Under the pieces are notes generated by a model. It was given only the letters and a program-made list of their open reading frames with translations, did not search any database and was not told the origin of the DNA. A DNA stretch of 63,631 nucleotides, filler included, from Choristocarpus tenellus KU-1152 (taxonomy: Eukaryota; Protista; Phaeophyceae), in assembly GCA_964200185.2 (NCBI GenBank). It is 7 parts of 7 records of this genome, joined end to end, with 100 filler letters (N's around TTAATTAATTAA, not from the genome) between each part and the next. Parts side by side here need not be neighbours in the genome. Positions count along the whole stretch, not along the records: positions 1 to 14,164 come from CAXNAD020001265.1; 6 more parts are not named here. The stretch is one strand, 5' to 3'. Numbering within the stretch: position 1 is the stretch's first letter; every line of letters begins with the position of its first letter. This document shows, piece by piece, positions 1-14,264 of this stretch. Made by a program: the position numbers and the translations under genes.

Positions 1-268
1 GGATCAAAGGAGCCCTCGTAGTGGGTGCGCTTTCGCGCCTCAGCTGCAGCAGCAGCTACACCATTGCTGGTGGATGAGTGGGTGAGGTGAGAGGTTGCCT
101 GTACCTCTGCGAAGGTGACGTCCAGCAGAAGACCTTTGTCCCTGTAGGGAGCTGTTGCGGCGTCCGCTAGTGTCCTTGCGTGCAACACCAGATCCAGGCG
201 GAGATTTCTGTCCACTGTGAAAGGGCTACCATCCTCCGTAGTGCAAGGGATGCCCATCCCCTTGCATA
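1..268 (-). mobile_element. Fragment of a CRE/R2-type non-LTR retrotransposon, C-terminal restriction-like endonuclease region
   Basis: Minus strand reads VCKGMGIPCTTEDGSPFTVDRNLRLDLVLH...KGLLLDVTFAEV...AAAAAEARKRTHYEGSFD without stops. This fits the R-x-D...D-V-T...AExxK-xxxY pattern of RLE domains. It runs off the window edge. Confidence 0.7.
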
Positions 269-1339
269 CTTAGATAACCCTAACCCTTCCCATAGATATT
301 GTACAGTACCACCAACAAGTGTTGACTATTGATGTGTGGACAACTACTACCAACTGAGCATGTTAACGGTTGGATCGTACACTTAAAAATACAGAAGATA
401 TATTCAATATGTTAGCATGACATACCGTCCAAGAAAGAGTACCTATATTTCGCTTGATTCTTGGAATTAGTTGATATTCTTCAACATGCAAACTCAGTAT
501 GTCACACACACATGGTTTAACTTGGAATTTTAATCTGGTTCTTTTCATTTTTCCTTGAAGAAGAAATCCAGAGGTATGTAGTTTTTATTTTCTTTCATTT
601 GTATTGTCCCCGTACTTAGGCCTTGGAATCCACTCTGTACTGCATTATGTGTACCTGATCACACCTGGATGAGATATACTTAGAGTTTATACATCCACAA
701 CCTTCACAAGGAAAACAAGCCTCTCCTCCAAGCTTGCATCACTTCCTTTATACACACTGTACAACAACACGCCACATTCCAGTATCCAAAAACAGAGCAT
801 GTCACAAGATTTATACCATTGAGCTTGTCAGTGCTTGGGTGCACTAGGTCACCCCTTCACAAACAAGATTTCAAGCCTCAAAACAGAGCATTTTTCGAGA
901 ACCAACCATTCATTCAGTTTTAAAGTTTTATATCAGGTTTAGGAGCCTTCTACACTTGACCAACATACTCCATCTTGTCCTTTACTACCACCCTACATCT
1001 ATCACATGTCCCTGTTGATGTGACGCCCTTACTATCATCATGGAACGAACCCCTAAATCACCCGTCTTCTCTTGGAACAAGCCTTCCTGGCGCACCCTCA
1101 AACGGACTTCGTGGGGATACTGAGCTGTTTGAATCATCTGACCCACTACATTCTGGTCCAATCCAGCTCTTATAATCATAACTATAGAGAGATAAATGAC
1201 TGTGCCCACGTCTAACACACTTACTGACACCACCTACCTGGCAACACCACGTGTACCTATGAAAAACGCAAGATTCAGGTCTTTAGTATTCTACGTGCCA
1301 CCTGGTGAGAATCAATGAACGGCCTCCACAGCCTCCAAC

Positions 1340-1600
1340 ACCAGAATGAGAATACAGTCAACGATGGACATTCAACCTGGCACGCGCTCATCAGGACGCA
1401 CACGGCCAACACCAAGCAGAAGATGTGTGTTGTACATCACCATGTTGAGCAATGAACAATGGAACCTGAGGAGGATCCTGACTAGAAGCTTTTGGGCCCT
1501 TACAGGGCTAAGGCTGAGCTTGAAGGGTTTGACAAGATCATCCACAACTTCTGTATGCGTGCAGCCTTCATCTATACTCTCTTCCGACTACAATGTCCTA
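1340..1600 (+). mobile_element. Degenerate Copia-type gag (UBN2-like) fragment
   Basis: Reads DGHSTWHALIRTHTANTK...MEPEEDPD*KLLGPYRAKAELEGFDKII with in-frame stops. It resembles the gag of the Copia at 42903-43226 (MIEEKDPDIFFDRVDRIKTQLE). Confidence 0.45.
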
Positions 1601-3119
1601 CACAACTAAGTCTGCTTCAACTCGGACTTCACCACTGTGTCCCTCATCTCTGCGATCCGGCCACCTTCAACGATGACCTCAACTCTCCTGATTCAGCTCC
1701 TGATGGCGTTGAAACCTTGCGTTGAATGAAGAGCGCTATATTGTACTGTGATAGGTCGTTTGGAGTGAAGGGGTGACATATTGCAGTGAGGCACTGATGG
1801 GTTTATGTTGATGAACATTTGGGACATGGCTTACACAGAGAGCCCCAGTGTGGGTGTCAAGATGGACTAGCAGAGAGTAGCTGGGATTGGGTGCAACCAG
1901 GGCAAGAGGAACAACATTCAACTACAGGTGGACATCAACCTAAAGGGGAGGAAAAGCTTAGGTGAGGTGGGAAACTTCTAGATCATAGGTGTGATATGGG
2001 AGGAGCTATTGGGGGATGTTCTTGGATGAATTTGGAGTCCTGTGGAGGATTGTAGAGTATCATAGATGGAGGAATGATTGGATACCAGCAGTGAAGAAGA
2101 GTCACATTGGTGATGGAAAACCAGTGGAGGAAATTGGTTGAACTGGTTTGTGACTGGAATATTTTGTCACTGGAATGTTTTGTGACAGGATTTTTTTGCG
2201 ATCGGAAACCAGTGGTCCCCTCTTGTTAATAAACGATTAAGCGGAAAGAGGTCAGAGAGTTGGTGTGGAAAGGAATGAGTGGTGCGACATTGATTGGTTG
2301 GGGAGGAGTGGAGTGGATATTACCTTGAGAGGAAGCAAATTAAATTAATTCTGATGGGTGAACAAAGCGAATGTTTGAATATTTGCAACACAGTAATGTA
2401 CCCCCTTTTCAACGTTCTCGCAATGTAACCTTGAAGTGGTTAGAACACAAATAAGAGAGCCTCCTTTCACCCACCAATCACAACGACATATATCTTACTA
2501 CACACACCAATTTATATCTACATTTTTACAATACAGTTTATTGGTTCCAAGGGTTCTAGTTTGTAGTGGAAAGGGAAACTTCAATAACTCTAAAACACGG
2601 TTTCGGAACTTTGGTGGTCGGTTTAATTGTATGGTGATAAAGTATTCTGATATATTTCAATTAATTTGATTGATTCGGTTGATATTACGCACAATTAAAT
2701 ATTTCTTTGTCAGTCTTTTTGCGAATACATCTTTTTCAACTTACCCTTTAAAAATATCCAATGCCTACACCTCACTATCGTTAGATCGTTGAAGTGGGGT
2801 AAATAGAACCCTATCTCATGTATCCTACACATTGAAACGATTCCTTTTGTTTTTTGAATTCTTCATGCACATCACAATGTCCATCTTCGAACATCATCAT
2901 CTCTCAAAAATTCCTTACGTCTTACCCCCTAAACATGTGGTTGTAAGTACAAGGAAGTGACAGCACGTTTTTGGTTTAGAGAACACACAAAGGGGCAGAG
3001 GTTTTAGGGTGAGGACGGATCCATTCTATACGAGGCACGTCGATTCAGGTAGACCTCTAGTGATGTATAGGCTAGAAAACAGGGATAAGTCTCCGCGATC
3101 TTACCAATCCCTGAACCGA

Positions 3120-4250
3120 AGGTCAATTTCAACTCTTGATGATCTATCTAGAGACGTTTGACCCTATCAAAGGAGGGGTAGGATTGTTGGTCAGCATATG
3201 TGCTTCATGTGCGAGTACCTTTGTTATTAGTAAGAGATTATTCGAGTGTACTATGTTTAGCGTGGCAGCGTTGGTGGTTGAAGGGATGCTGACAGGAGTG
3301 TAGACTGACCAAAACACCAGTTGAGCCGTACTGTATATCGTCTTGCCTAGGTAAGGGCAACAAATCCTTAAATGGGGGAGGATAATATGGACTAGAAAAA
3401 ATGGCATCTATGGTATTGGTGTCCAAAGATCGCGATACCTACTACTGGATTTCAGAGGTCTTGGTACGAAAGATTAGATCCTATTCACCATCTGGGACTG
3501 TTATGTTGTGTCTACACCATCAGCTGTTTGGTGTAGACACCACAAGTTGGTCTACTTTTAGGCTTACATCCATTCTATCACTGGCGCCGTTCAGTCTCTG
3601 AAGGGAACCCTGCTGCAAAATAGGAAAGCTGTGCTTTCTTAACGGATCGGTGTTGCCCTGGAGTCTTTGCGCTGTCGTGGTTACGCCAAGAGTGGTGTGC
3701 TCGATGATGCTGGTCCGTGTCTGGGGTAGGAACGTCATCGGTGCGTTGCCTGCGCCCCCTCTACGTACGTCCTTGGGAGTGGGATTCCTTTTGATGAATA
3801 TTAAATAAATCTACACATGGAGAAATTGGGAATGTACTGTAGAGAAAAACTGACGTCCTTCCAAGATACCAGCACTCTTGTTGTTATAACCCAATTGAAA
3901 TGTTCTGCAACCTTATCTTTCAACCTTCCCAACTGCCTGCCAAAACAGTTCAGCGAAGCTTGTTCAAATCTGGGTGCGGAGTTGGAGCCGACCTTCTCTG
4001 GCTAGGATGCGAGTCGGTGCACGATTGCCGAATTTCTTCCTCCAATCACTTCTATTCTATTCCGCAAGAATCATAGCTAAGGAGATTGATTTTTCAGTGA
4101 GCCTGCAAAACCTTGGTTGCAAAGAGGTCTGACAGTCCCCATGTGAAAATGTTGCCATGCGTTGTATACCTGAATGTGTACCCTCAGTGGGCGATTGATG
4201 AAATATGTCTCGCTTGGTGAAGTTTTGAGGTAAACACTTGGAACTCACAG
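3120..4250 (+). mobile_element. Possible highly decayed LINE (AP-endonuclease) remnant
   Basis: KGGVGLLV motif at about 3169-3192, typical of APE domains. The remainder is too decayed to read and the boundaries are approximate. Confidence 0.2.
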
Positions 4251-5739
4251 CTCAGCTAGGTATACAAAGATGTGTCTATTCACAAGTCCGGACTACAACT
4301 CCTTTACCTCAAACTTCATAAACATTACTATTGACAAGGGGGAGTTAAGCATTTGATTGAAAAGACTGACCTATGTGCCAGATACAAATAGTGATACGCT
4401 CTCTAAATCACACTGATCAGTGTTCTGTGAAGGAGTTGCAGTAGATGAAGGAGAATATCCTGACCCAAAACGACTCCACGGTAGAGATCGGGTAAGCTAA
4501 AAACTTAACCTAACTTATATTTTGTAGCTTATGACCTTCATCTGGTCTGACTGCTCGATGTGTTCATGTATGCAACAAATTTGTTATTAAAAATAAATAG
4601 TTTATTCTATACAGTAGTACATCCAGAAAAATGTTCAACAGGGGCATATACGATCGGAAGATACTTGCCAAAAGTGCATCACTTTCTGTTCAATACAGGG
4701 TTCCAAACTACCTAAGAAATTTCTGTATTCAACAGCGTTGGTGCTCTCAGGGATGTAAGGTGCTGACAGTATATACATGGTGCTTACAATTCAAGCTATA
4801 CCATAGGTACAATACTAGTATCCATAAAGCAGTGTATTTCCTAGTTGCTGGCAGTACCTAAGCTCTGAAACAGTATTTTCATAGGCCTATGATGTTGCTA
4901 TGTAGCTTGCTGGTGGACCTCGCACAGGAGGCAATCAAATGCTTACATAGTAATATCCCATTTCAAATTGGTGCAATTTCTTCAGCCGATCGTGTTACAT
5001 ATCTGTAGTTATTCTTGCTATGGTAGTATATTTTTGTATATTGAGGCACACACGTAAGAATATATTTCCACCTGCACATTGTGACTGGATACATTTTTTT
5101 TTTTTAGAAATGAAAAAATTATCTTTGTGTGATTCATTATGCCTACGATCAACCTAGCAGGTCTCTTGAGCACTAAAAACGGTGAGATAGAGGTAGTAAG
5201 ATATGGAGGAAGAGCGTCAAATACAAGATCATAGTTTGGCATATTTCTTGCATGAGACAGAGATGCTTGCGGAGGAATTTGATTGAGACACAAGAAGCAG
5301 TTTGTCATCAAGTAGTTGTATTCTACCAGGGGTCCACTTCAGGGAGGGGGTGCAATTGACAGCTCAACATATGAACTACCCAGGTTGACATAAAGTTTCT
5401 GATTAACTATTATGGACACAGGGTCTCTCTGCATTGTTTTGTGTCCCAGGTAAACTCTGAGGTGGACTGCGGGTTGCTACAAGTCTGTCAAGTGGTTCCA
5501 AGATTGCAGGGATTTGAGGACAAACCTCCTTTGCTTGAGCATCTCACATTGGATACTCCATTGACAAGAGTACTGTTTGTACATTTTGTAGACGAGGGAT
5601 TTGTTCCTATTTCTCATGTGCTTTGGTTTCCTTAAAGTTCCCTATAACACCACCTGAACCATGCAAGGTCTATGCCAGGAACCCTCTTGAGTTTGCCAAG
5701 GGAACCTCAGCTTCATGCTTTGGAGGGGAGCCTCTTTCG

Positions 5740-6170
5740 GTGGATGTGAGTAGGGAGGGGTTTCATTTATCTGAGGGAAGTTACCTATCCACCAAAATAT
5801 TCTGCATTTGACCTTGCCTTAGTTCAATGGTAGTTTCCTGGCTTCTGTCAAACTTGTACGAGATCCTAGTTGACCTCAGATATTTTCATGGAAAACCTGT
5901 TTTTTGTGGATCAAGTGGCAAGCAAATTGTTAATTTATTAGATGTGAAATGTTATTTGTGAAACATGTTTTGTTCTTTTGGTGGATGTTGAGTAGGGAGG
6001 GGTTTCGTTTATCTGAGGGGAGATACCTATCCAACAAGACATTCTGTATTTGAAATTGCCTTAATTGAGCGGTGGTTTCCTGGCTTCTGTCAAACTTGTA
6101 TGAGAACCTAGTTGACCTCAGATTTTTTCCTGGAGAACCTGTTTTTGGTGGACCATGTGGCAAGCAAAGG
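5740..6170. repeat. Tandem duplication, period about 241 bp
   Basis: gtggatg..agtagggaggggtttc...tggcaagcaaa occurs at 5740 and again at 5981 with high similarity. Confidence 0.85.
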
Positions 6171-8846
6171 GTACTTTTGTTTGATGTGAAATGTTATGTG
6201 ATACGCGTTGAATTAATGTCTACCCTGCTTCCTATGTAATAATAATGTGATAGGAGTTGGCATACTGGGTATCTTGGAGCCCCACTGTCTCTAGAAGGTC
6301 GTGACGTAGAGTGTTGTTCGCCATAGCATTTGAACCCTCTCCGAGAGTGTCAGCCTTTTTCTCATTCTGATCATGAACACATGCAGTTATGACCCTATCC
6401 TTAACCCTACTTTAGAACTTGAGAGAACAGGAGAAAGAAAGCAAACAATGTAAGTTTTTTTAGTTCACTCTACTATGCACATAGCAGGTTATACCAGTTT
6501 TCTATAGTTCCACTATGATGGTTGAACCTTCATTTAAGTGGGATTCTATATTCCATTCTCTAGAGGAGGTAGTACAAATCAGGTGAAGCTGTTCAATCTT
6601 CAGTAATAACAGGAGGGCAGGGTATACACACGTATCTGAAGGATAAGACTCCCTATTTCAGTATCCTCCTTGTCTATATGGGCAATCCTTGGGAACCTGT
6701 CCACTGTAATGCTGATGCCTTTTCTCCAAGTTTTGAGTCCATGGATGGAGCAACAATCATGAGTATGGCAAGATGAAGCCTTAGAATATTCCACATCCAT
6801 TACCACTGTCTTGCCACCTCACCTATTAAAATTGATGCGAATTTCATGTGCTAGAGTCCTAACCCTAACCCTACCCCTACAGAGTACCGTCGAGTATTTG
6901 TGGTGTAAGGTGTGGATTTAGTGTCGAAACCAATACTGTGCAGAGAGTTGCAACCCGATTGACGGACAATAGCAAGGTGCTGCCTAGATTTGAAAAAATC
7001 ATTACTCTGAAGATAACTTTTGAAGAACTTCAATCTAAGCATTTCTTTCCCCAAGATGTGAATTTCCCATCTCTCAATCTACCTCTTCACAGTTTGGGTC
7101 AATGCACAAGTCAGGCAATGTGTTCTCATATGAGCTACTAAAACTAATTATGAACTACTGCGGTGAGGTGGCAACGACAGTCGGTGAGCTAGAGCACATG
7201 CCCCAGGAGTGGGAATGTGGCACGGGAATACAAAATTTGAGGTATGTCGACGATGTAAATTTGGAACACACTTGAGGAGAACCTAGTTCAGCACTTCGTA
7301 CAGATGTAGAACTGGTGCATTGAGTTTGGAAATGTAGCATCCTTTGTGCAATATAGTTTTTTATTGCAAGCACCCTCAAGTGTTGCAGACAACCTCTCAC
7401 GTAACCTGAGGTTATAGTCCAGGGTACTAGTACTAACTAGTTCCTACTTTCGTACCTCCCTAGTCGGCGGAAAGGGGAATTTTCCAGATTTAGTTGGCAC
7501 CTTGCATGAGAAAAGACTCCAGGAAGTCCCCTCAAATACAGTCCGGAAAGTCATGCAACATTTCTGTCAGAATGTTTGTACCATTCCATTCCTCCTAGAA
7601 TATTCGAACAAAATCGGATCAAAGCTGCTGGTCTGAAGCCATTAAACCAATCCAAGGGGGGTTAAGAGAGTAGAAAGCATGTCATACAATTTTGAGCCAA
7701 AGTAAAAGAGAGGTACCCAGGTTATGGTCATTTTGCATTATATGCCAGTTTTTTAACCCGTCACAATTCACACTTTCATCCATTTGTAAAAATAAGTGTA
7801 TTTTGCACATACTTATCAGCATCCGTATTAGGCAACTCTGGATATCTCTCGTATACTTTGATTAATTACCAACTTGATGCAACTCCATTAGCATTGAGTT
7901 GGTGTTCATTGCTCAAGACCAAACTGTTGGATATTATTTATGGCCTAGTTAGCCGATGATGTTTAACATTGTTTTCAAGTTCCAGAATCTAATCCATTTT
8001 AACTTTGCCTCCTATTTCTAGAGGTTGGTGGCCCATATTCTCTATTTTGCTGGACAGTGTTGCCTTCCAGATGCTTGATTCAGGACATAATAAATTTCCC
8101 ATACAATATTCATGGACAAAGTAAAATATTTACATGCACTTGCACATAGATCAAATCTTTGGATCCCTTAAACTAGAAAATGTGTACTGTAATCAATATT
8201 CAAGTCTCGGGAACGGATTCCTGTTGATTTACGGGGCAATTCAAGTTCTGGGTTGGACTTTATCCTTGGCACACTGATTTCTTTATTTTATGTTCCTACC
8301 CTTGCAAAATCACTCTAGAGGCAGAGGTTTTCCACTGAAATTCCTCCTAACTCGCATTTTCCACTCTCTGGTTGAGCAGGTACCTCTATGAATCCTCACC
8401 CTCATTAACCCTCCTTATGCAGGTCACAAGATGAAGGGTATCATGTTGGTTTCTCGCATTGCCAGAAGTATTTTCCTGAAGAATCATGCACTCCGATGGG
8501 CGGTGACAATGGGAGAGCGAAGATCATTCACTTCATTCGTGATCCTTTTGATATTATTCTTTCAGGTATGAATAAACACAGTCTATTGCTCTGCTCAAGG
8601 CTGTGAGCCCATTGATGACATTTCCTTGTGAACTTAGTTCGTCCCCTCCATGAGAAAACACGACTGTGTAAAGACAATTAGTATGTGTTTGGGTTAGAAA
8701 GAACAAATTAGAGTATTTTTTCTACAGGCATTATCCTTCTGCATGTCGTTCCCAATGTACTGGAGGTTTCCATGTCACATAATATGACACAGCAAGGCTT
8801 CTCTCTGCCCCTCTCTTCACAAAGCGTCATTCCACCTGCCATACAC

Positions 8847-9024
8847 GCTCAAAGTATATGGGAGGGGGTGGCGGCTGTCCATTTGAGGTCAAATTTTTCA
8901 TAACCCGATTTTTGGGTGATTTGGTTGCTGTATGTCGGAAAATGCAAATCCACGTTTCCCGATTTTGGTCCAAATGGACGCCCTTGTGTAGAGACGCCCC
9001 CCACCCCCCCAGATACTTTGGGTC
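8847..9024 (+). mobile_element. MITE family A copy (178 bp)
   Basis: TIRs GCTCAAAGTAT.../...AGATACTTTGGGTC; 4-bp TSD ACAC on both sides. Confidence 0.9.
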
Positions 9025-10940
9025 ACACTTCTGCTTCAAACTACCCGAATAATCTCAATGTTGGCTAAAAATGACTTCTCATGACCCAACTTTAGACTTG
9101 AAAGTGGGAAGATATACAATTGTGACCAGTAACTCACATTTGCATTGGTAGAGAATTGGTATAGATGCTAATGATCAATTTGTGATGGTTTTGCTACTAT
9201 AACCCAAGTCCCCCTCTAGCCTTCTCTGTAGTCTATTCTTTTCATCAGGACTAACCTGTACAAAACTCGTTCTTGCAGCATATAATTACCACTTGAGGGG
9301 AACAGAACGTTGGGAGAGAGTACCTGGTTGGCACAATTCGTCATTGCCAGGTGATTGAACAAAGGCAGTGTGATGAAAGGTGACAGGGCTCTGGACTGAT
9401 GTGTGCTTCGCTCGTCAAAGAGACAAGATCTTAGGGTGTTGAAAGTGGTGTAAGTAGTGATGGCAAGAGTTCTATAGATTAATATCCCAATTCCTAGGAT
9501 TATTGATTTCTCACCACCTTGTTTTAGGTTCTGGGCGTGATATGCTCTGGTTTAAAGAAACATGGTTTTCAAACACGACAACAAGCTAAATAATCCGACA
9601 TAGGTAATGTCCAAGCAATTGCTCGCACACCCAACGAATTGATTTCCTTGTCGTTTATTGACAGCGTATCGACCTGTTTAATGCCCTTCAGCACCTGATA
9701 TTAAACCCTTGATTTCATGAAGCATCTCCTCAATCTTTCACCGGTCCCACCCTCGTCTCTCTATCTGCTTGTATCACATACTTGAAGATTTTGTCGACCC
9801 CTCCCTTCATGGACGGAGCTATACAGAGATTTTGAAAGGACTTAACGAAACCAACGGCATAAAGGTTAGTTGAATGTACCATTACAATGTATATGGGAAC
9901 AATTGTTTAGGAGTTTATGACGAAGCGCCTGCATTGGTGTGAGGTCCTAAGCAGAAATTCAGGGGATGCTTTTGGCACAACTCTGTAAACATTCTATACA
10001 ATTCGAAGTACATATATACATAAACATTCTATTCGATTTTCACAACCTTTACCTCTGATTAGATGATGCTCATGCCAGTACTGTTTGTGCTGTCAGCGAA
10101 ATGGATGCTGTTAAATAAAGCAACTGAAGTGTGGATGACACTATTGGATGAAAAACTTTATAGTTTGACCGAGCGGTCCCGCTCACTCATGCAAATAGCT
10201 TGCCCACAAAATTTTGAATTCGAACCTTGTGATAATTCGTTGTGTGAGTGAGTAGTATTCCGACGAGAAGTTGAAAGGAATCACATGGCAGGAATTTCCT
10301 GTCCACCACAGCCAGTACCCTCCAATGATCAATTGTAATATTCCACGTTTTACTACCAAGGTACTGAAGTGTCTCACTCATTGTGTCATTTTGGTCATGT
10401 TTCGAACAACCTCAGCTGGAGGCTCTACGTATGGAGTTCTCAGTCCGTCGCATGGTTACGGGATATTGTCAACTGAGAGGACAAGGTGATATTTACCTCC
10501 CAGTCAGGCAAGCACTTTGCAGAATTAATCCTTAGTGACCCCCCCAGAATTCTTGAGGTTGAGGTCAATTAAGAATAACTCTGTAGCCATCTATGTTGGC
10601 ACCCGATGATAGTCTATCACGTTGAGGGGTTGCAATTGTTGGGGACCTGAAATTCATTACTCTCCTATTTGTAGTGTGTATATTGGATTCAAGGAACCTT
10701 AGACAACAAAAACGACTGCATTATATTAATGATTCGCCAGTTACCCTCGGGATGCCAGAAATCAGACCTGGTCTGCTGCTTGGATAAGGCACAACCACGA
10801 GTACAGAGGATTTAGTGTATTCAAACAAATTGACAAATGAAAAAAATAATGCTTTGTAAGTTACACCTAGCTTTTTCTGTTGAAATTGATAAAATATTTC
10901 CTGCAGAACGATGGATACAAGCTCTCCAAAAAAACCCCAG

Positions 10941-11023
10941 CCCTAACCCTAAACCTGAACCCTAACCCTATCTCTAACCCTATCTCTAACCCTATCTCTA
11001 ACCCTATCTCCTAACCCTAACCC
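10941..11023. repeat. Interstitial telomeric-type repeat (CCCTAA mixed with a CCCTATCTCTAA variant)
   Basis: Direct reading of the tandem units. Confidence 0.9.
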
Positions 11024-11149
11024 ATGGTACGAGTTTGGTACATAGTAAAAAAGGGTGCTAGAAGTTCAATTGGTATCACATTCCTCTAGGTCATATACTT
11101 TGGGATCACAAGCAATTCTGCTGGTACCATGCAAAAGGTTTGCCCAAAG

Positions 11150-13850
11150 CTTAAACTGTCCAACGAGGTAAATGTTTATGTATCTGGTTTGGGCACGTTT
11201 TTCGAAAATGGATACATGCACAAGGGTTGTCATTTACAGACGTTAACAGTTACAGTTCAGCATCATCTCCCAAAGCGAAGAAAACGTATTGCTTGTGTTG
11301 AAATTCTCTTTTCCTTTAATGTTGGGTCTCAATATTTTGAGCATGTTGCAATGATCTAATTGCGTCACAGAAAAACAGGAAGCCTATGGCAAATATCAAC
11401 TGATCTTGTTGATATAGTAGACCTCTAGAGTTGTGACTCATGTGAGGCTACGTGCGTTTGCTTGTCTCGATGAAGAGTGCATTGCCATCCATTAATAGTT
11501 AAATATCCTTTGCAACCATTGTGGGTAGCACCTGTGGCAATTTTTACCCTGTGTTACAATCTTCATCACAGTCTGGATGGCAAATAGTTAATCATCATGT
11601 CAGGTGTAGACTTAGCAACATCATGTGATTGTTAGAAACATGGCAGAAGTACTATTGATTCTTGGGATGGAAGGCACAATTTTGAAGTAGGGCCCCATCT
11701 TACAACCACACAAATGTTCAGGGCAGCTTTCTTCTCCGCTTTACAGGTTTGCAGACTTTTTGGGATCCGAGGGAGTGAATCAATCGTGTCAAGTTTTTCG
11801 TTTTATTGGCATGCGCGAGGAACATGCATCAAACCTTGTCTCTCAGATGTTTCCTGTTCAGAATTCCAGCTCGCCCAAGATGAATGATGAACCAATTAGA
11901 TCTAAACATGTCACTGCTGGTACTTTTGATAGGGAGGCTCAATTAAGAGTCCTTCGGCAACTAGGAAACTACGATCAGATGCTGGAGGTGAGATGTGAAG
12001 GTATCCTCACTACACATATGTTTTCATGTTGACTTTATTTTTTCGCCTCACAATCTTAGTGTCCTAGAGTCTCATCCGCAAGTTTCTCTCGATGAATGTC
12101 CCTCCCATGGCACGTTACAGCTGCATAACATGTGGTGCTGCTTTCCCACGAACAAGTAGTGATCTTACCGTGCTCTCAATATAGGTACTTCAGTGATCAT
12201 AGTCGTAATAATTGCCTCTCACCGATTTCAGGGCAAGACATGTCAAATAGCATATCTATTATTGGGTTGCTTTTTTGTTTTGATGACAATGCTTCTGGAA
12301 TAGATGATTGGGTTAGGGTTAGCACAGTGTGTTTCAAATTTTGTGATTGAGGGTTGGGTGTGAAGTCATACGAGTAATACAAGTCATCATTGTGTTACTA
12401 TTTATTGTATACTTCGAAGTAGAATATGAGTATACCTTGTTGTATGTCAACAAAATTTTCACCATGGTTGTTTGTTCCATTGGATATTCCTCATAGGATC
12501 TACAACCAATAACTCTGTAAATCCAGACCTTCATGCAATTTGACCTGATGTAATGTTTGTGGGACCTTTTTAAGCCGTAGTTGACCATACAGTGTGTAGG
12601 TCCCTTTGTAGTTGGTATGAAAGGCTGTCTTTTTTATGTTTTAGTTATGATAATATTGGTCCCACTATATTCCTTGTATGTATTGTGTAATACACAGTTT
12701 TCTATGAAGCATGTATAGTAAGTCTTGAACCATGACTCTCTCTGACGGTAGTTGCAGTAGATATGAACCTCACCACTGATCCATTCATGTATTGATACAC
12801 CCCATAATTCTAATTTGATCATTTCTATTCAATTTGTTTGAGTTATATATATATTTGAGGGAAATTGAAGGTTGGCAGCATGTTGCGCCATTAGAGGCAG
12901 TATATTACCAGATATCCTTCCATCCATCTATTGGATGGATAGTTCCATATTACCTGATTGTTTCACATGATGCCAGAAATATCCAAACTCAGAATGATTT
13001 CAGTATACCTGTAATGGTCTTTGTTCAAACTATTCTTGAAGAAATCTTCAAATTCTGTATGTGGTAAACACCAATTTACAACATTTCTCTACATACATGT
13101 ACGAGCCTATTGTTTTTATTTTATTGGGTTGTCCTTTTCTTTTGGCTGATTTAATTATGTAGGGAAATGCCATCAAGCCCCTTTAACACCTGGTAATGCT
13201 GTGTACAATGTTAGTACAACCTTGTAGGAAATAGGTCTAGTTCAATTCGGTTCATTTGCCTGAACATTACAAAAAGCTTTTCCGTAGATTTCTCCATCAG
13301 TTTGAACCTTTTGGCAAATTACGTTAATATAAAGCGCTTCAATTATTCAGGTCAATCCTTATTTTTTTTTGGTTCATCGTGTATCATTGTCTTGTCCTAT
13401 GAGCATCACTCATTTTCATGGTTTTCTTCTCCCCAATCCACATAGGCCCAAGCAGCCTTGGAGCATGGATGGTGCGAATCATGTGTGTGGTGTAGAACTC
13501 CCTACCTGTGTAATGATGAAGATTCAACACACTCTTGCGATGTGAAACCTATCCCTGTGCCGTGCAAAAGTTGAAAGGATGCAAGGTCTCGTCTTAAACA
13601 TTTGTTTTCTTCAGTGAATCAGTGAAGGCCAACGTTGTATTCTGTAAAATTGAAATTTGTAGAGAGTTCTTTGATGTGAAGTTGAACGAAACAAATAATT
13701 TCTGTTTCTTCTGGAAGTGTTACTGCCAAGGAGCCTGGCCAAGCAGTGCTCAACAGGCATATTGTGGTGTGTGTTAGCAGCCCTTTCGTGGCCTTTTCAT
13801 GTAAGTTGTGGAGGTTGCAAATGTCAGGCAGAAATGATCTGTATGTAATA
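11150..13850 (-). mobile_element. Possible decayed Helitron/Helentron RepHel remnant
   Basis: Scattered weak motifs in the expected order on the minus strand: CNLH (~13820), F-TPNPQ...H (~12350), VPW (~12110), LGD (~11265). No long ORF; boundaries approximate. Confidence 0.2.
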
Positions 13851-14122
13851 TTATGTGTAGATTACCTTTACTTCCTCTTCCATGATTTCTTCACATCATT
13901 GCTTTTATCAAAGTCTCTTTTAAATGCAAACTCAACCTTTAATTACCACGGTGGTATTTAGTATTTGCATTTTGAACAGTAGCTCTGAGGTGGAACAACA
14001 TAATTATTTTCTGTCAAGGTATGAAGTTGCCGACGAAGAGCCCAGTCAAAAGTAGGGCTTTTGCTAGCATGGTATTGTGCAGCATTTTTTGGAATCTAGA
14101 GGAAATAATGTGCTTTTCTACT

Positions 14123-14164
14123 GGCTCAAAGTATCTGGGAGGGGGTGGCGGCTGTCCATTTGGG
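14123..14164 (+). mobile_element. MITE family A, left end only (cut by contig end)
   Basis: GGCTCAAAGTATCTGGGAGGGGGTGGCGGCTGTCCATTTG matches the family left terminus. Confidence 0.85.
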
Positions 14165-14264
14165 NNNNNNNNNNNNNNNNNNNNNNNNNNNNNNNNNNNN
14201 NNNNNNNNTTAATTAATTAANNNNNNNNNNNNNNNNNNNNNNNNNNNNNNNNNNNNNNNNNNNN
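14165..14264. other. Artificial assembly linker (N44-TTAATTAATTAA-N44)
   Basis: Identical 100-bp construct recurs six times; the 12-mer puts stops in all six frames. Confidence 0.97.

Noticed and set aside
8827-9052. Recurring short ORFs with YLGGGGGCPF / GQPPPPPRYFE peptides as a gene family
   Set aside because: They are simply translations of MITE family A ends.
7450-10850. Coding-like decayed region
   Set aside because: No recognisable motif or long frame could be read, so it is left unannotated.
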